Positions 20,508 through 32,300 of a stretch of DNA of 64,000 nt are shown one piece after another (the stretch's first letter is position 1; each line of letters starts with the position of its first letter). The DNA is from Bacteroidia bacterium. GTDB taxonomy: Bacteria; Bacteroidota; Bacteroidia; M30B66. The position numbers and the translations under genes are program-made. Location of the stretch: NCBI GenBank assembly GCA_965279035.1, contig OZ257142.1, forward strand, positions 1,472,001-1,536,000. The letters are read 5' to 3'. Below the pieces are notes generated by a model. The model made no database searches. It had not been told where the DNA came from and was given only the letters and a program-made list of their open reading frames with translations.

Positions 20508-21035
20508 CTATTTTGATTTTTTGAAAGCTGCTTGGTAGATTTTTCGGATGCTATTTTTCTCTTCCCGTTCGCAAATAGTTTCTAAAGCAGCTTTTAAATC
20601 TTTGTGTTTGGAGAGGTTTAATTTTAAAATTTCACCTAATGCTGTTGCCGCACTCCAGCGAACAACGGTACCTGCATGTTCGGTATTGACAAGCAAGCCT
20701 TTAATCGAATCCGATAAAGTAGCAGGAAATAAATGAGCTATATGAGCAATAACTTTCGCGCTTTCCCATTTCACGCGTGGAGCTTTGGCGCCTAGTTCTT
20801 TCGTTACAAATTCCAATAATGTTGCATTCGCAATTCCTGGAACTTTATTCGTAGCAAATTCAAACGCTTCGATACAACTTGCTTTTATTGGATCTTTTGA
20901 TTTAGTTGCATATTCAATTAATGCATCAACTTCTAAGTGAGCTTCGATCAAAGCGCGACTAATAGTTTCGGTTTTTTCTTTGGTACTCAAAAAAGGATCA
21001 CCTAACAGTGCTTCAATTTGAAATTGTTTTGCCAT
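20508..21035 (-). CDS. HEAT/ARM-repeat protein
   Basis: Helical repeats PRVKWESAKVIA, TVVRWSAATALGEI. Confidence 0.7.
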   Translation of the reverse strand: MAKQFQIEALLGDPFLSTKEKTETISRALIEAHLEVDALIEYATKSKDPIKASCIEAFEFATNKVPGIANATLLEFVTKELGAKAPRVKWESAKVIAHIAHLFPATLSDSIKGLLVNTEHAGTVVRWSAATALGEILKLNLSKHKDLKAALETICEREEKNSIRKIYQAAFKKSK

Positions 21036-21298
21036 CAGTTTTGTAAATAAGTAATTGTAGGTGCAGGCAAATCGGGAAAAGCATTCATTGCTTGTTGGAG
21101 CATCTCGTTTATATATGCACGTGCTTTATCTAAATCTTCAGCAGAGAATAAAAACAGAACTTCCTCTGAGTCATCTGCATTGCGCCACAGATGTTCTAAG
21201 TTCATTCCACGTTCGGCATGTTCGGCAGCATCTGCAAGTAAAACCAATTCCAAATCTTCCAATTGAATCCCGCGCAAACGGGCAAACACATGTGACAT
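21035..21298 (-). CDS. Hypothetical small protein
   Basis: 87-aa ORF coupled to the HEAT gene by a TGATG overlap. Confidence 0.6.
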   Translation of the reverse strand: MSHVFARLRGIQLEDLELVLLADAAEHAERGMNLEHLWRNADDSEEVLFLFSAEDLDKARAYINEMLQQAMNAFPDLPAPTITYLQN

Positions 21299-21358
21299 AG
21301 CGTAAAGGTTAAAGTCCGAAAGATAAAAATTTGCATGTGTTTTCTACGATTCTTTTGG

Positions 21359-21498
21359 GGCTGCCCTTCGCCCAATCCAATTCTTTCCTTGGGCTCAGGT
21401 CGGGCTTTCGGCTATTTCCGATAGTTATCGGAATCTCACTGCCCTCCTTCGCTATTGCTTCGGTGGGCGATGCGGGGTGCCGCCTCAATCCCTCAGCC
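21359..21498 (-). ncRNA. Structured intergenic repeat, Flavo-1-like (copy A)
   Basis: Outer stem ggctg/cagcc, inner gggattgaggc/gccgaaagccc; aligns along its length with copy C. Confidence 0.6.
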
Positions 21499-21770
21499 AG
21501 TTATATTTTGCTAAATATTTAAATTGAAATTAAAAAAGGTGTAAGGGAGTATGCTTCGTAAGTTGTTGTTATTCAACAATATAAATAGTAATTTCTCTCG
21601 CGCACGCGGGGCCGACCACTAACCACCCACCAACTCAAAGTTACGAATTGCGTTTGAGGTAAGTCGTATAGTAAACGTTTAAGAACGGCTAGTTTTTGAC
21701 AATGCTGTTGATTTCTTTTTTCAATTCTCGAATGCCTATTATTCTTGAAAATGACAGCTTATAGCAATAC

Positions 21771-21900
21771 GCGTGAGCGGTAGAGCCGGAACTAGCCGTT
21801 TTAGGTGCCTTCGCCAAGGCTATGGCACCTAAAAGGACTATAAGGCGATGACGCGACCTTTGTATGCCTTAGCCATAGCGAAGGCTTTCAAAGGGCACGC
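21771..21900 (+). ncRNA. Structured intergenic repeat, Flavo-1-like (copy B)
   Basis: Outer stem gcgtg/cacgc, inner gcggtagagcc/ggcgatgacgc, hairpins ttttaggtgcc/ggcacctaaaa and cctttg/caaagg. Confidence 0.6.
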
Positions 21901-21960
21901 ACTAACACCTAGATGCAACCTTACTATCTGGATTCGTGATTTTCGTCTTAGTTTCGCTGT

Positions 21961-23187
21961 ATGAAAAAACTGCTCATCATTGGTACCGTTTGGCCTGAGC
22001 CTACTTCATCGGCAGCTGGGACGCGTATGATGCAGATCATTGATTTGTTTCTGCAGGCTCATTGGGAGATTTGTTTTGCATGTCCGGCTGCTGAGAGTGA
22101 ATTCTCTGTATCAATGAGTGATCGAAACATTCGGAAAGAAATAATCGAATTGAACGAGGATAGTTTTGATGAATTTGTTACTGAATTCAATCCTGATGCA
22201 GTGCTTTTTGACCGTTTTATGATGGAAGAGCAATTTGGTTGGAGAGTGGCGCAAAATTGTCCAGATGCCTTGCGGATATTGGATACCGAGGATTTGCATT
22301 TTCTTCGAATTGCTCGTCAGGAAGCAGTGAAGGATGGGCGCACAATCGAGTTATCAGATTTGAAAAATGAAACTGCTAAACGTGAAATCGCTTCGATGTA
22401 TCGTTGCGATTTGAGTTTGATTATTTCTTCCTACGAGTACGAATTATTGCAATCAATAATTCAGCTTGATGCTTCGCTTTTATACTATTTACCTATGCAA
22501 GCAGGGAAGATGCCAGTTGGAAATAAATCATTTGAAGAACGTTCGGGTTTTGTTACGATTGGGAATTATCGTCACCCACCCAATTCCGATTCGGTGAAAT
22601 ATTTAAAAACGGAAATCTGGCCACTAATTCGTCAAGCTTTGCCAAATGTGGAAATGCATGTATATGGTTCGTATCCATCGCCAGCTATGTTGCAATTGAA
22701 TCATCCTGCATCTGGTTTTTATTTACATGGACGAGCAAATTCGGTGGAAGAAGTGATGCAAGATGCTCGAGTTTGTTTGGCTCCTTTACGTTTTGGAGCA
22801 GGAATAAAGGGTAAATTGATTGATGCGATGCGTTGTCAAACCCCATCCGTAACTACGCAAATAGGAGCAGAGGGGATGCATGATGGACTGGAGTGGAATG
22901 GGTTTATAGAGGACGATCCTAAAGTATTTGCTGAAGCAGCTATAACGCTATACTCAAATGAGAATATGTGGAATGATGCGAGTAAACAAGGAAAGTTTTT
23001 AATTGAAAAATGCTATCAATCCAATGAAAAAGTTCTTGGATTTTTATCTCGAATAAATGAATTAATTGAAACTCGAAATGAGCACCGTAATCAGAATTTT
23101 ATTGGTGCTATGCTGATGCATCATACGCTTCAAAGCACGAAGTATTTATCGAAATGGATACAGGGAAAAAATAAAAATAAGTATTAA
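21961..23187 (+). CDS. GT4-family glycosyltransferase
   Basis: WPEP, DTEDLHFLR, IGNYRHPPN, APLRFGAGIKGK, GAEG. Confidence 0.88.
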   Translation: MKKLLIIGTVWPEPTSSAAGTRMMQIIDLFLQAHWEICFACPAAESEFSVSMSDRNIRKEIIELNEDSFDEFVTEFNPDAVLFDRFMMEEQFGWRVAQNCPDALRILDTEDLHFLRIARQEAVKDGRTIELSDLKNETAKREIASMYRCDLSLIISSYEYELLQSIIQLDASLLYYLPMQAGKMPVGNKSFEERSGFVTIGNYRHPPNSDSVKYLKTEIWPLIRQALPNVEMHVYGSYPSPAMLQLNHPASGFYLHGRANSVEEVMQDARVCLAPLRFGAGIKGKLIDAMRCQTPSVTTQIGAEGMHDGLEWNGFIEDDPKVFAEAAITLYSNENMWNDASKQGKFLIEKCYQSNEKVLGFLSRINELIETRNEHRNQNFIGAMLMHHTLQSTKYLSKWIQGKNKNKY

Positions 23188-23783
23188 AATTTAGCAATAT
23201 CAATAACGACATCGACTAAATCTTTTTTCTTAGAAACACCAAAGTAATTTTTTAGAAATACAATGTATTTTTCTACCGTTCTTTCTGATTTAGCCAAATC
23301 TTTAGCTATTTCGGCTGCTGTTTTATTTTGTGCAATAAGTACTAAACAACGACTTAATTTGGTATTTAATTGAACGTATTTTCGTTTATTAGTTTCTATT
23401 TCTAATTTACTAGTGTCATTTAGTTTACCCTCTGTTTGTAGCAGATTCATGAAATAAATATTTAATTTTTCTTCAATTTCAGAATCATTAAAAATAAAAT
23501 CAAAATACGGGCTAACTGATTTTAGAGTTTTAAATTCTCGTTTAATAACAAGCCCAATTGTTACAGGATGATTGTCCTTGGATTTAATCTTTTTAATTTT
23601 TAAATCGAAGGAGTCTCTGTCCGTCAATTTCAATATAAAATGAGTAAAGTTTGGCAGTGGATTCTCGATAAAAAGATCGGGATGTTCGTAATGAACAAAA
23701 TTTAATTGGGGGTATTTTTTGGATAAACTGTCTGAAATAATTCGGTAAAAAGAATGGCATTCAGATACAAAAGCGACTTGCAT
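23184..23783 (-). CDS. LuxR-type HTH regulator with a degenerate receiver-like N-terminus
   Basis: LIAQNKTAAEIAKDLAKSERTVEKY...LKNYFGV; no canonical DD/D/K receiver residues. Confidence 0.7.
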   Translation of the reverse strand: MQVAFVSECHSFYRIISDSLSKKYPQLNFVHYEHPDLFIENPLPNFTHFILKLTDRDSFDLKIKKIKSKDNHPVTIGLVIKREFKTLKSVSPYFDFIFNDSEIEEKLNIYFMNLLQTEGKLNDTSKLEIETNKRKYVQLNTKLSRCLVLIAQNKTAAEIAKDLAKSERTVEKYIVFLKNYFGVSKKKDLVDVVIDIAKF

Positions 23784-23949
23784 GGAAGATTGGGTAGATT
23801 TTCAAAGTTAACTATTTTTTTAACTCAAAGAACTACCCAAAAAACTACCCAATAGTTGCTGTAGTTGAATTTACTCCTTCAAATTAATATAAATTTATTT
23901 AATCAACATTCTGCAACATTTATTTCATGATTTTAAAACCTAAAATACA

Positions 23950-26295
23950 ATGAAAATAAATCTACTACTTACGCTTCTCCTTATAACCAACAGCCTCTTT
24001 TCTCAAATTCCATCATGGGATTGGGCTTGGAGTATCGGTGGAAACAATGTCGACCAAATCGATTTCCTTCAACTAGATGAACAAGGCAACTCCTACGTGT
24101 GTGGTCAATTCAGAAGTTCTTCTATTTCAATTGGCGGTTTAAATTATGCAGCAAATTACTCACAACCCAAAAGTTTTTTTGCCAAGGTTTCAGTAAGTGG
24201 ACAATTGCTGTGGTATAAAGTGTATCCAGCTAATAATCAATCCAATGTTAATTTTATTCTTGACCTAATTGAAGGATACAACAATACCTACTATGTTTTG
24301 ATGCAATATGGCGGTACAATAAATCTTGATGGAAATATCTTTACTAATAATTTTCTACAGGGCAGAACATTGGTAGTAAAATATAATGCTGCTGGAAATG
24401 TTATTGATGCTTATCATTTATTTGATACTAGTGTTAATAATAATGTTTTAACAACAGCTTTTGTTCAAATTGTTAAACATCCTAGAGGAGGGTTTGCGTT
24501 TTTAGGACTAAGTACCCAAGCAACCGTATTAAATGGAATTTCAGTGCCTGCTAATAGCAATTACATTGGCTATATGGATACGTTAGGCTCAGTTCAAGAA
24601 ATTCATCTTTTAGGAGGAATGGGAGAAATGGATTCAACCTATTTTGATTTTCCTAATCAAGTAGTTTATAGGGATCTTAAAGTTTCCCCTAAGGGCAATA
24701 TTTATTTATCAGGAACAGCTAATATAAACTCATACTTAACAGTAGATACAACTACCTGGCAATTACCTGAAATTTCCTGTACATCACCCAATAGTTGCAT
24801 GGTTAGGACTTTTATTTCTTGTTTTGATTCAACATTTTCATTCAAATGGTCACATGTTGGGGTTTTGGAAGAATTTATTTCAGGAACTAGTTATGGAGCC
24901 AATTATAATGGAATACATGTTTTTCCTGATGAATCTGTAATTTTAAGTCAAACCGCAGCAGGCGAATCGAAAGTTCTTTTTGATAATGTTTCTTGTGAGC
25001 CAAGAGCTTTACTAGAAAGTTATAATGATGGTATTGTGGCTAGAATTGCTGGAGATGGAACCGTTTTATGGGTCAAGCGGTTTGATTCTTCTGATAATGC
25101 AGACAATTTTATTAATGCAATAACAGGAGATGGACTTGGAAATTCTTATTTGTTAATGTACAGTGGACAATATCAGAATACTGATGGAAGTGTTTATACT
25201 AATGCTATTGTTTCAAAAGTTGATATAAATGGAAATGTAATATGGTATAAGGGGACAGATAATGGTGCTAATGGAGGAATATACTTTTTACCAACAGGAT
25301 TTAAAGATGATGGAAAAGGAAATATTTATTTGGCAGGAGGATTCTCTTGCTATTTGGCGCCATTACCAATCTTTAATGGGAATGTTTTGCCTTGGTATAC
25401 ACCCGTTTATCAATATCCTTATGCATTCGACGCCTTTATTGCAAAACTAAATAATTGCAGCTCTTTGCCCGTAGATATTGTCTCAAACGAAAACCAAACA
25501 TTTTGCAACGAAGACAGTGCTTTCATTGAAGTTTCTGGTGGTCCAAATTTTCTTTGGTCCGATGGTGATACTTCACAAACCCGCTTTATCAACGAATCAG
25601 GAATGTATACTGTTTTGTCCTATAATAACGCAGGATGTTATGGCAATCGTGATACATTGAACTTAACTCGATTGAATAAGATTGCCAAGGAACAAAACGT
25701 TCAAATTTGTGAGGGTGAATCGTTTAACATTGGTACTCAAGTTTTCAATCAATCGGGTGAATATCAAAGTATTTTAACAGCACAAAACGGCTGCGATAGT
25801 TTGGTTACAACCCATTTAACTGTAGATTCGTTAGATGCACAAATTTCACTTAGTCAGAATGTATATTCAGCTATAAATATTCCGATTGATGCTACGCTTC
25901 AATGGCTGGATTGCGATTCGAATTTTGCCAATTTAATTGCTGAGGTAAATCCTTCTTATACAGCTACTGAAAATGGACTATATGCTCTTGAAATAAATGA
26001 TGGGAATTGTCGTGATACTTCCGAATGTTTATTATTTAATAGTTTAGGAATGATAAATACTTCCAACAATTCCATCCAACTATTTCCCAATCCGGTCGAT
26101 CAAACACTTTTCATTCAAAATCTATCAGCACATCAAACATTGAGATTATTTGATGCCACAGGACGCATTGTTTTCGAAACTCAATCATGTTCAGTTAACA
26201 GTGATTTAAATGTATCGGGAATTCAATCTGGACTCTATATCCTTCGTATTGGTAGCTTTTCTAAATCAATCCTAATTCATCACTCCAATCCATAA
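23950..26295 (+). CDS. T9SS-secreted protein with SBBP-like beta-propeller repeats and a Cys-containing Ig-like stalk
   Basis: Signal peptide; DEQGNSYVCG, GNIYLSG, GNIYLAG, DAFIAK; NGCDSLV; LFPNP...GLY sorting domain. Confidence 0.8.
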   Translation: MKINLLLTLLLITNSLFSQIPSWDWAWSIGGNNVDQIDFLQLDEQGNSYVCGQFRSSSISIGGLNYAANYSQPKSFFAKVSVSGQLLWYKVYPANNQSNVNFILDLIEGYNNTYYVLMQYGGTINLDGNIFTNNFLQGRTLVVKYNAAGNVIDAYHLFDTSVNNNVLTTAFVQIVKHPRGGFAFLGLSTQATVLNGISVPANSNYIGYMDTLGSVQEIHLLGGMGEMDSTYFDFPNQVVYRDLKVSPKGNIYLSGTANINSYLTVDTTTWQLPEISCTSPNSCMVRTFISCFDSTFSFKWSHVGVLEEFISGTSYGANYNGIHVFPDESVILSQTAAGESKVLFDNVSCEPRALLESYNDGIVARIAGDGTVLWVKRFDSSDNADNFINAITGDGLGNSYLLMYSGQYQNTDGSVYTNAIVSKVDINGNVIWYKGTDNGANGGIYFLPTGFKDDGKGNIYLAGGFSCYLAPLPIFNGNVLPWYTPVYQYPYAFDAFIAKLNNCSSLPVDIVSNENQTFCNEDSAFIEVSGGPNFLWSDGDTSQTRFINESGMYTVLSYNNAGCYGNRDTLNLTRLNKIAKEQNVQICEGESFNIGTQVFNQSGEYQSILTAQNGCDSLVTTHLTVDSLDAQISLSQNVYSAINIPIDATLQWLDCDSNFANLIAEVNPSYTATENGLYALEINDGNCRDTSECLLFNSLGMINTSNNSIQLFPNPVDQTLFIQNLSAHQTLRLFDATGRIVFETQSCSVNSDLNVSGIQSGLYILRIGSFSKSILIHHSNP

Positions 26296-26333
26296 AAAAA
26301 GCCCGTTCAACATTTAGCTGAACGGGCTTTCTT
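26294..26333. terminator. Bidirectional intrinsic terminator between two convergent T9SS cargo genes
   Basis: aaagcccgttca/tgaacgggcttt stem flanked by A- and T-runs. Confidence 0.85.
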
Positions 26334-26347
26334 ATTTCAGTATTATC

Positions 26348-29300
26348 TTATTGCTTGATTAGCTTAATACTTTTCGAATCGTTCGTTTGCAAGTAATAAA
26401 CACCATTGCTGTATTTTTCCAACTGAAGTACATAGCTGTTTTGTACCATAAAGCTTTCCAATAATTGTCCTAAAGAATTGTACAAACGAACCTGACTTGG
26501 GCGTCCACATTCAATGTTCACTTTATCCATCGTTGGATTTGGATACACATTCAATCCTTTTATTGCCGTAGCGTTCTCCATTCCTAAAATCGTCATCGTA
26601 ACACAACTCGAAGTATCAACACATCCTAAAAGATATACTTTCACCGCATAATCACCCGTACTTACTGCCGTAAAACTTTGATTCGTTTCTCCTGAAATTG
26701 GTGCATAAGCTGCTACGCAATCGAGCCACTGATAAGAAGCTCCTGCTTGATTCGCTGTAATCGTATTATTCAACACTGTAGTCGAAATATCAGGTGAATT
26801 TATACTCACATTCATCGTTTGAGCTATACTTGCTCCACATGAATTGACCGCACTCACACTCAGAATTCCTCCTGATGTTCCACTTTGTACCGAAATCACA
26901 TCTGTACTCGAAGATCCTGTCCAACCGAAAGGTAAATTCCAAGTATACGAACTTGCTCCCGAAACCGGAGTAATGCTGTATGTATACGATGATGCCCTAC
27001 ATACACTTACGTTTCCACTAATACTACTTGGCTGACTAGGCGCACTTTCTCCCGTAACATTTAATGTTTGTGCTGTTGAAGTACCACACGTACCGTTTGC
27101 ACTTACACTAACAATTCCGCTTCCAGCACTGAGTGAGTTTATGATATTGGTTGGTGAAGTTCCTGTCCAGCCATTGGGTAAAGTCCATGTGTACGAAGTG
27201 GCGCCACTTACCGGAACAACAGAATAAGTCACCAATAAACCAACACAGTAATTGCTCGGACCGCTGATTGTTCCTGGTTGAGCAGGACCTGCATCCGGAG
27301 CAACTGATAATGTTTGTGCAAGCGAACTACCGCATGTGCTATTTGAACTAACCGATATTATTCCCGCTACCGATCCAATCGTATTGATACTTGTGGTACT
27401 TGATGTTCCTGTCCAACCATTAGGCAAAGTCCAAGTATAGGATGTTGCGCCACTTACAGCCGCAATGCTATACGTAAGCGATTGACCTAAACAATAACTG
27501 CTGCTTCCAGAAATACTTCCCGGTTGTGCCGGAGTTGCATTCGGACTAACTGTTAACGTTTGTGCTGTAGAACTTCCGCAACTTCCATTCGCAGTCACGC
27601 TAACAATTCCACCATTTGCACCTGCTGTTGCATTGATGCTCGTTGTAGTGGAGGTTCCAGTCCAGCCGTTTGGTAATGTCCACGTATACGATGTTGCACC
27701 ACCTACGGTCGAAATACTATAAGTAATCGCATCTCCTTGGCAAAAGCTTGAACTACCTGTAATTGCGCCCGGTTGTGCAGGAGTACTGTTCGGACTAACA
27801 GTTAAAGTTTGAGCTGTAGAACTTCCGCAACTACCATTTGCAGTCACGCTTATAATTCCTCCATTAGCTCCTGCCGTAGCATTGATGCTTGTTGTAGTAG
27901 ATGTTCCTGTCCAGCCGTTTGGTAATGTCCATGTATACGACGTTGCACCACTAATGGCTGAAATGCTATAAGTGAGCGCATTTCCTTGGCAGAAAGTTGT
28001 GCTTCCTATTATTGCTCCTGGTTGAGGTAAGGTGCTGTTCGGTGTTACATTTAAGAACTGTGCGCTACTGCTTCCGCATGCACTATTAGCCGTTACACTG
28101 ATATTTCCTCCATTCGCTCCTGCAATTGCTGTAATGCTTGTTGTTGTAGAAGTTCCAGTCCAGCCGTTTGGTAAAGTCCAAGTATAAGAACTTGCTCCAC
28201 TAACAGCCGAAATGCTGTATGTAAGCGAATTACCCTGACAGAATGTAGTGCTTCCAGTAATACTTCCCGGTTGCGCCGGTGGATTATTCGCATTCACTGT
28301 TAAGGTTTGAATGGCTGATGCTCCACAACTGTTATTAGCTGTTACGGTAATATTTCCAGCTGTGCTTGATGGTGTTGTCGTAATGCTATTTGTAGTTGAA
28401 GTACCTGTCCATCCATTCGGCAACGTCCAAGTATACGAAGTTGCACCACTTACTGCAGAAACACTGTATTGCTGAGAAACTCCATTACAGAATGTAACAC
28501 TTCCCGTTATTGCTCCCGGTTGATTTGGAACATTACTTACCGTAAGAACTGTATTCGATGAATTAGCCGTTGAAGTCGTTAAACAACTAGCATTTGAAGT
28601 AATGCTTACTGTGATCACATCATTATTATTCAACGAAGTGCTACTATAAGTGCTCTGGTCATTTCCGACAGTATTCCCATTGAGTTTCCATTGATAGCTT
28701 GGAGATAATCCTCCATTGATCACATTGGCTGTAAACGTTACAGATGTTCCAAAACAAATTGTTGTACTTGGTGATGCACTAACTGTAACTGCTGGTGTCA
28801 AAGCTGGATTCACTGTCATTGTGATGCTATTCGAAGTAGCTGGATTCGTTCCAACACAAGGAACATCTGAAGTCATCACACACGTAACAATTGCATTATT
28901 CGTTAAGCTACTGCTGCTAAATGTTGCACTGTTTGTTCCCACATTGCTGCCATTTACTTTCCACTGATAACTAGCATTTCCACCATTTACAGGTGTTGCA
29001 GTAAACGTAACTGAAGTTCCCGCGCAAATAGCTCCACTTGGACTAGAACTAATACTTACCGAAGCATTGGTTGCTGCAGGTGTAACATTCACTTGAACTG
29101 TATCAGCCAAAATACATCCTGCATTGTTCGATTGCACAATGTATTGAGTCGAAGCCGTTGGACTTGCAATAGGATTGTAAATAGTAGATGAATTCAATCC
29201 TGTAGCTGGCGTCCACGAATAATTACTTCCGCCTGTAGCAACTAATTGAACATTCTGTCCCGGACATAAAGTCGTTAATGCTGGTGCTGCAACTAAAGCT

Positions 29301-32300
29301 CCTGGTAAAATAGTAAAGTACGCATCCGATAAATCATAATTAGTCAAACTACCCGCTTGCCTTACACGCAAGAGCACCGTGGATGAATTGATGTTTGGAA
29401 CAACCCAACTGTATTGATGACTGGTGGTAGCATAATTGGTCACAATGGCTATCCAAGTTGATCCACCATTCGTTGAATAATGCAAATCGTAAGTTCCGTA
29501 AGTACTTGTCTCGTTCCAAGTCACCAGTTTATTGGTACATCCATGCAGTGTATCGCTAATTCCATTGGGTGTTTGAAGGGTAATTGGAGGAGCTGATGAA
29601 CTAATGATGAATGCGATATCGGACGTGTCTGATTTACAATTATTCACATTATCACGCACCCAAATACGACAGTTGCTTGATGGCAAATTCGGAACGTTCC
29701 ATGAATACGTATTGTTCGAAGTATTGTATCCCATCACAATGTTTGTAAAGCTCGTTCCTCCATTGGTCGAATAAAAGATGTCATACAAATTCGAAATTCC
29801 ATCCGATGTCCATTGGATATTGTAATTCGTTCCAACCTGCATGATTCCTCCAAAATTCGGTTGGATAATCGTTACTGGTTTGCGAATCGTAAAGGTATTG
29901 TCCGATTGATCTGCATATTGCGAATACGAAGTTGGATAAACTCGAACAAGTGTTGGAACATTGTTGAGGTTTGGCATGGTCCAATTATACGTCGCTGGAT
30001 TCGCAGAAGTGTTCCAACTCGAAACGATAATATTCCAAGTGCTTCCTCCATTGGTCGAATATTCAATGCGATAATTACTCCAAGCTGGCGAGCGATCAAA
30101 GGTTATCGAGGTAATCGTACATCCTCCCCAAAGTGTTGTTCCATCATCTCCATTCGGTGTGATAATGGTTACCGCTGGTTTAATCGTAAATACTGCATCC
30201 GAAACATCCACAACCGATAAATCCTGATAGTTAGAAATACGCACCAAAGCTGTTGTACTCGAAACATTCGGACAAGTCCAATAATAATATCCATTGTTTG
30301 ATGAGCCATTCGTGATATTGGTCCAAGTCAATCCACCATCCAACGAATAATCTAATCGAACATAGTTGTATATCGTGCTTTGTGTCCACGTAATTTGATA
30401 ATCCATTCCCGAATAATACGTCTCACCACCATTAGGTGTTAAGAGAATCGGTGTAGCTGGAACAATGGTAAAATTGGCATTGGAAATATCGAACTTACAG
30501 GTGTTTTGATAATCAATCACCTTAACCAAACACTGAGTTGACGGGTTATTGGGAACGCTCCATGTGTATGAATTTCCAGTGATGTTCGATACGATGTTGT
30601 TCCAAGACGAACCAGCGTTGGTTGAATACTGCAAAGTATAATATCCCGAAGCCGAAGGCAGATTCGTCCAGGTGATGGTGTGAGAAGAAAGTCCAACCCA
30701 AGATTCACCACCGTTTGGAGAAGTAACAGTGATGTCGTTGGAAGGAATGATGTTGAATACCGCATTCGATTGATCGGTGATGTAGTTGTAGGAATATCCG
30801 CGCACGCGAATGAGCGCTTGGGAAGAAGTAATTCCGTTTGGAACTGTCCAATTATACGTTTGATTTGGACTGCCATTATCGCTCGGATTAGCAATATCGG
30901 TCCAAGTAGAACCATTGTTGGTCGAGTAGGCAATGTTCCAAGTTCCAACACAATAGGATTTAGTCCAAGCAATGGTGGCAGTGGCACAACCCACCAATGT
31001 TTCACCTCCGTTGGGATAGGTAACTGAAACAGGTGGTGCAATGGTAAAAGTCGCATTGGACACATCCGAAACAGAAAGATCTTGGTAGTTCGAAAGTCGG
31101 ATCAAACACTGAGTAGAAGCAGAAATGGTCAATGGAACACTCCAATAGTAATATCCATTGTTTGAAGAACCGTTGGTGATGTTTACCCAAGTTGAACCAT
31201 TATCGAGCGAATAATCTAATCGAACATAGTTGTATATCGTGCTTTGCGTCCACGTAATTTGATAATCGCAACCTACTTGCAAAGTCTCGCCACCATTAGG
31301 CGTTAAGAGAATGGGCGTAGCTGGAACAATGGTAAAATTGGCATTGGAAATATCGAACTTACAGGTGTTTTGATAATCAATCACCTTAACCAAACACTGC
31401 GTTGATGGGTTGTTAGGAACGCTCCACGTGTAGGAATTTCCGGTGATGTTCGATACGATGTTGTTCCAAGACGAACCTGCATTGGTTGAATATTGCAAAG
31501 TATAATATCCCGAAGCCGAAGGTAGATTCGTCCAGGTGATGGTGTGAGAAGAAAGTCCAACCCAAGATTCACCACCGTTGGGTGATGTTACTGTAATGTC
31601 GTTGGAAGGAATGATGTTGAATACCGAATTAGATTGATCGGTGATGTAGTTGTAGGAATATCCGCGCACGCGAATGAGTGCTTGGGAAGAAGAAATTCCG
31701 TTTGGAACTGTCCAATTATACGTTTGATTTGGACTGCCATTATCGCTCGGATTAGCAATATCGGTCCAAGTAGAACCATTGTTGGTCGAGTAGGCAATGT
31801 TCCAAGTTCCGACGCAATAGGATTTCGTCCAAGCAATGGTAGCAGTTGCACAACCCACCAATGTTTCACCTCCGTTGGGATAGGTAACAGTAACGGGCGG
31901 AGCAATGGTAAAAGTCGCATCGGACACATCCGAAACTGAAAGATCTTGATAGTTCGAAAGACGAATCAAGCACTGTGTAGAAGCAGAAATAGTAAGCGGA
32001 ACACTCCAGTAGTAATATCCATTGTTCGAAGAACCATTCGTGATATTCACCCACGTTGAACCATTATCAAGCGAATAATCTAAACGAACGTAATTGTAAA
32101 TCGTGCTTTGCGTCCATGTAATTTGATAATCGCAACCAACAAGTAAAGTCTCGCCACCATTAGGTGTTAAGAGAATCGGCGTAGCTGGAACAATGGTAAA
32201 ATTGGCATTGGAGATATCGAACTTACAGGTGTTTTGATAATCAATCACCTTCACTAAACACTGTGTTGATGGATTATTAGGAACGCTCCATGTGTATGAA

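Noticed and set aside
21331-21522. 63-aa ORF over repeat copy A (likewise 35725..36009 over copy C)
   Set aside because: Explained by GC-rich structured repeat sequence; no coding signature
21359-21900. tRNA or known riboswitch in the GC-rich spacer
   Set aside because: No cloverleaf, T-loop or recognisable aptamer consensus
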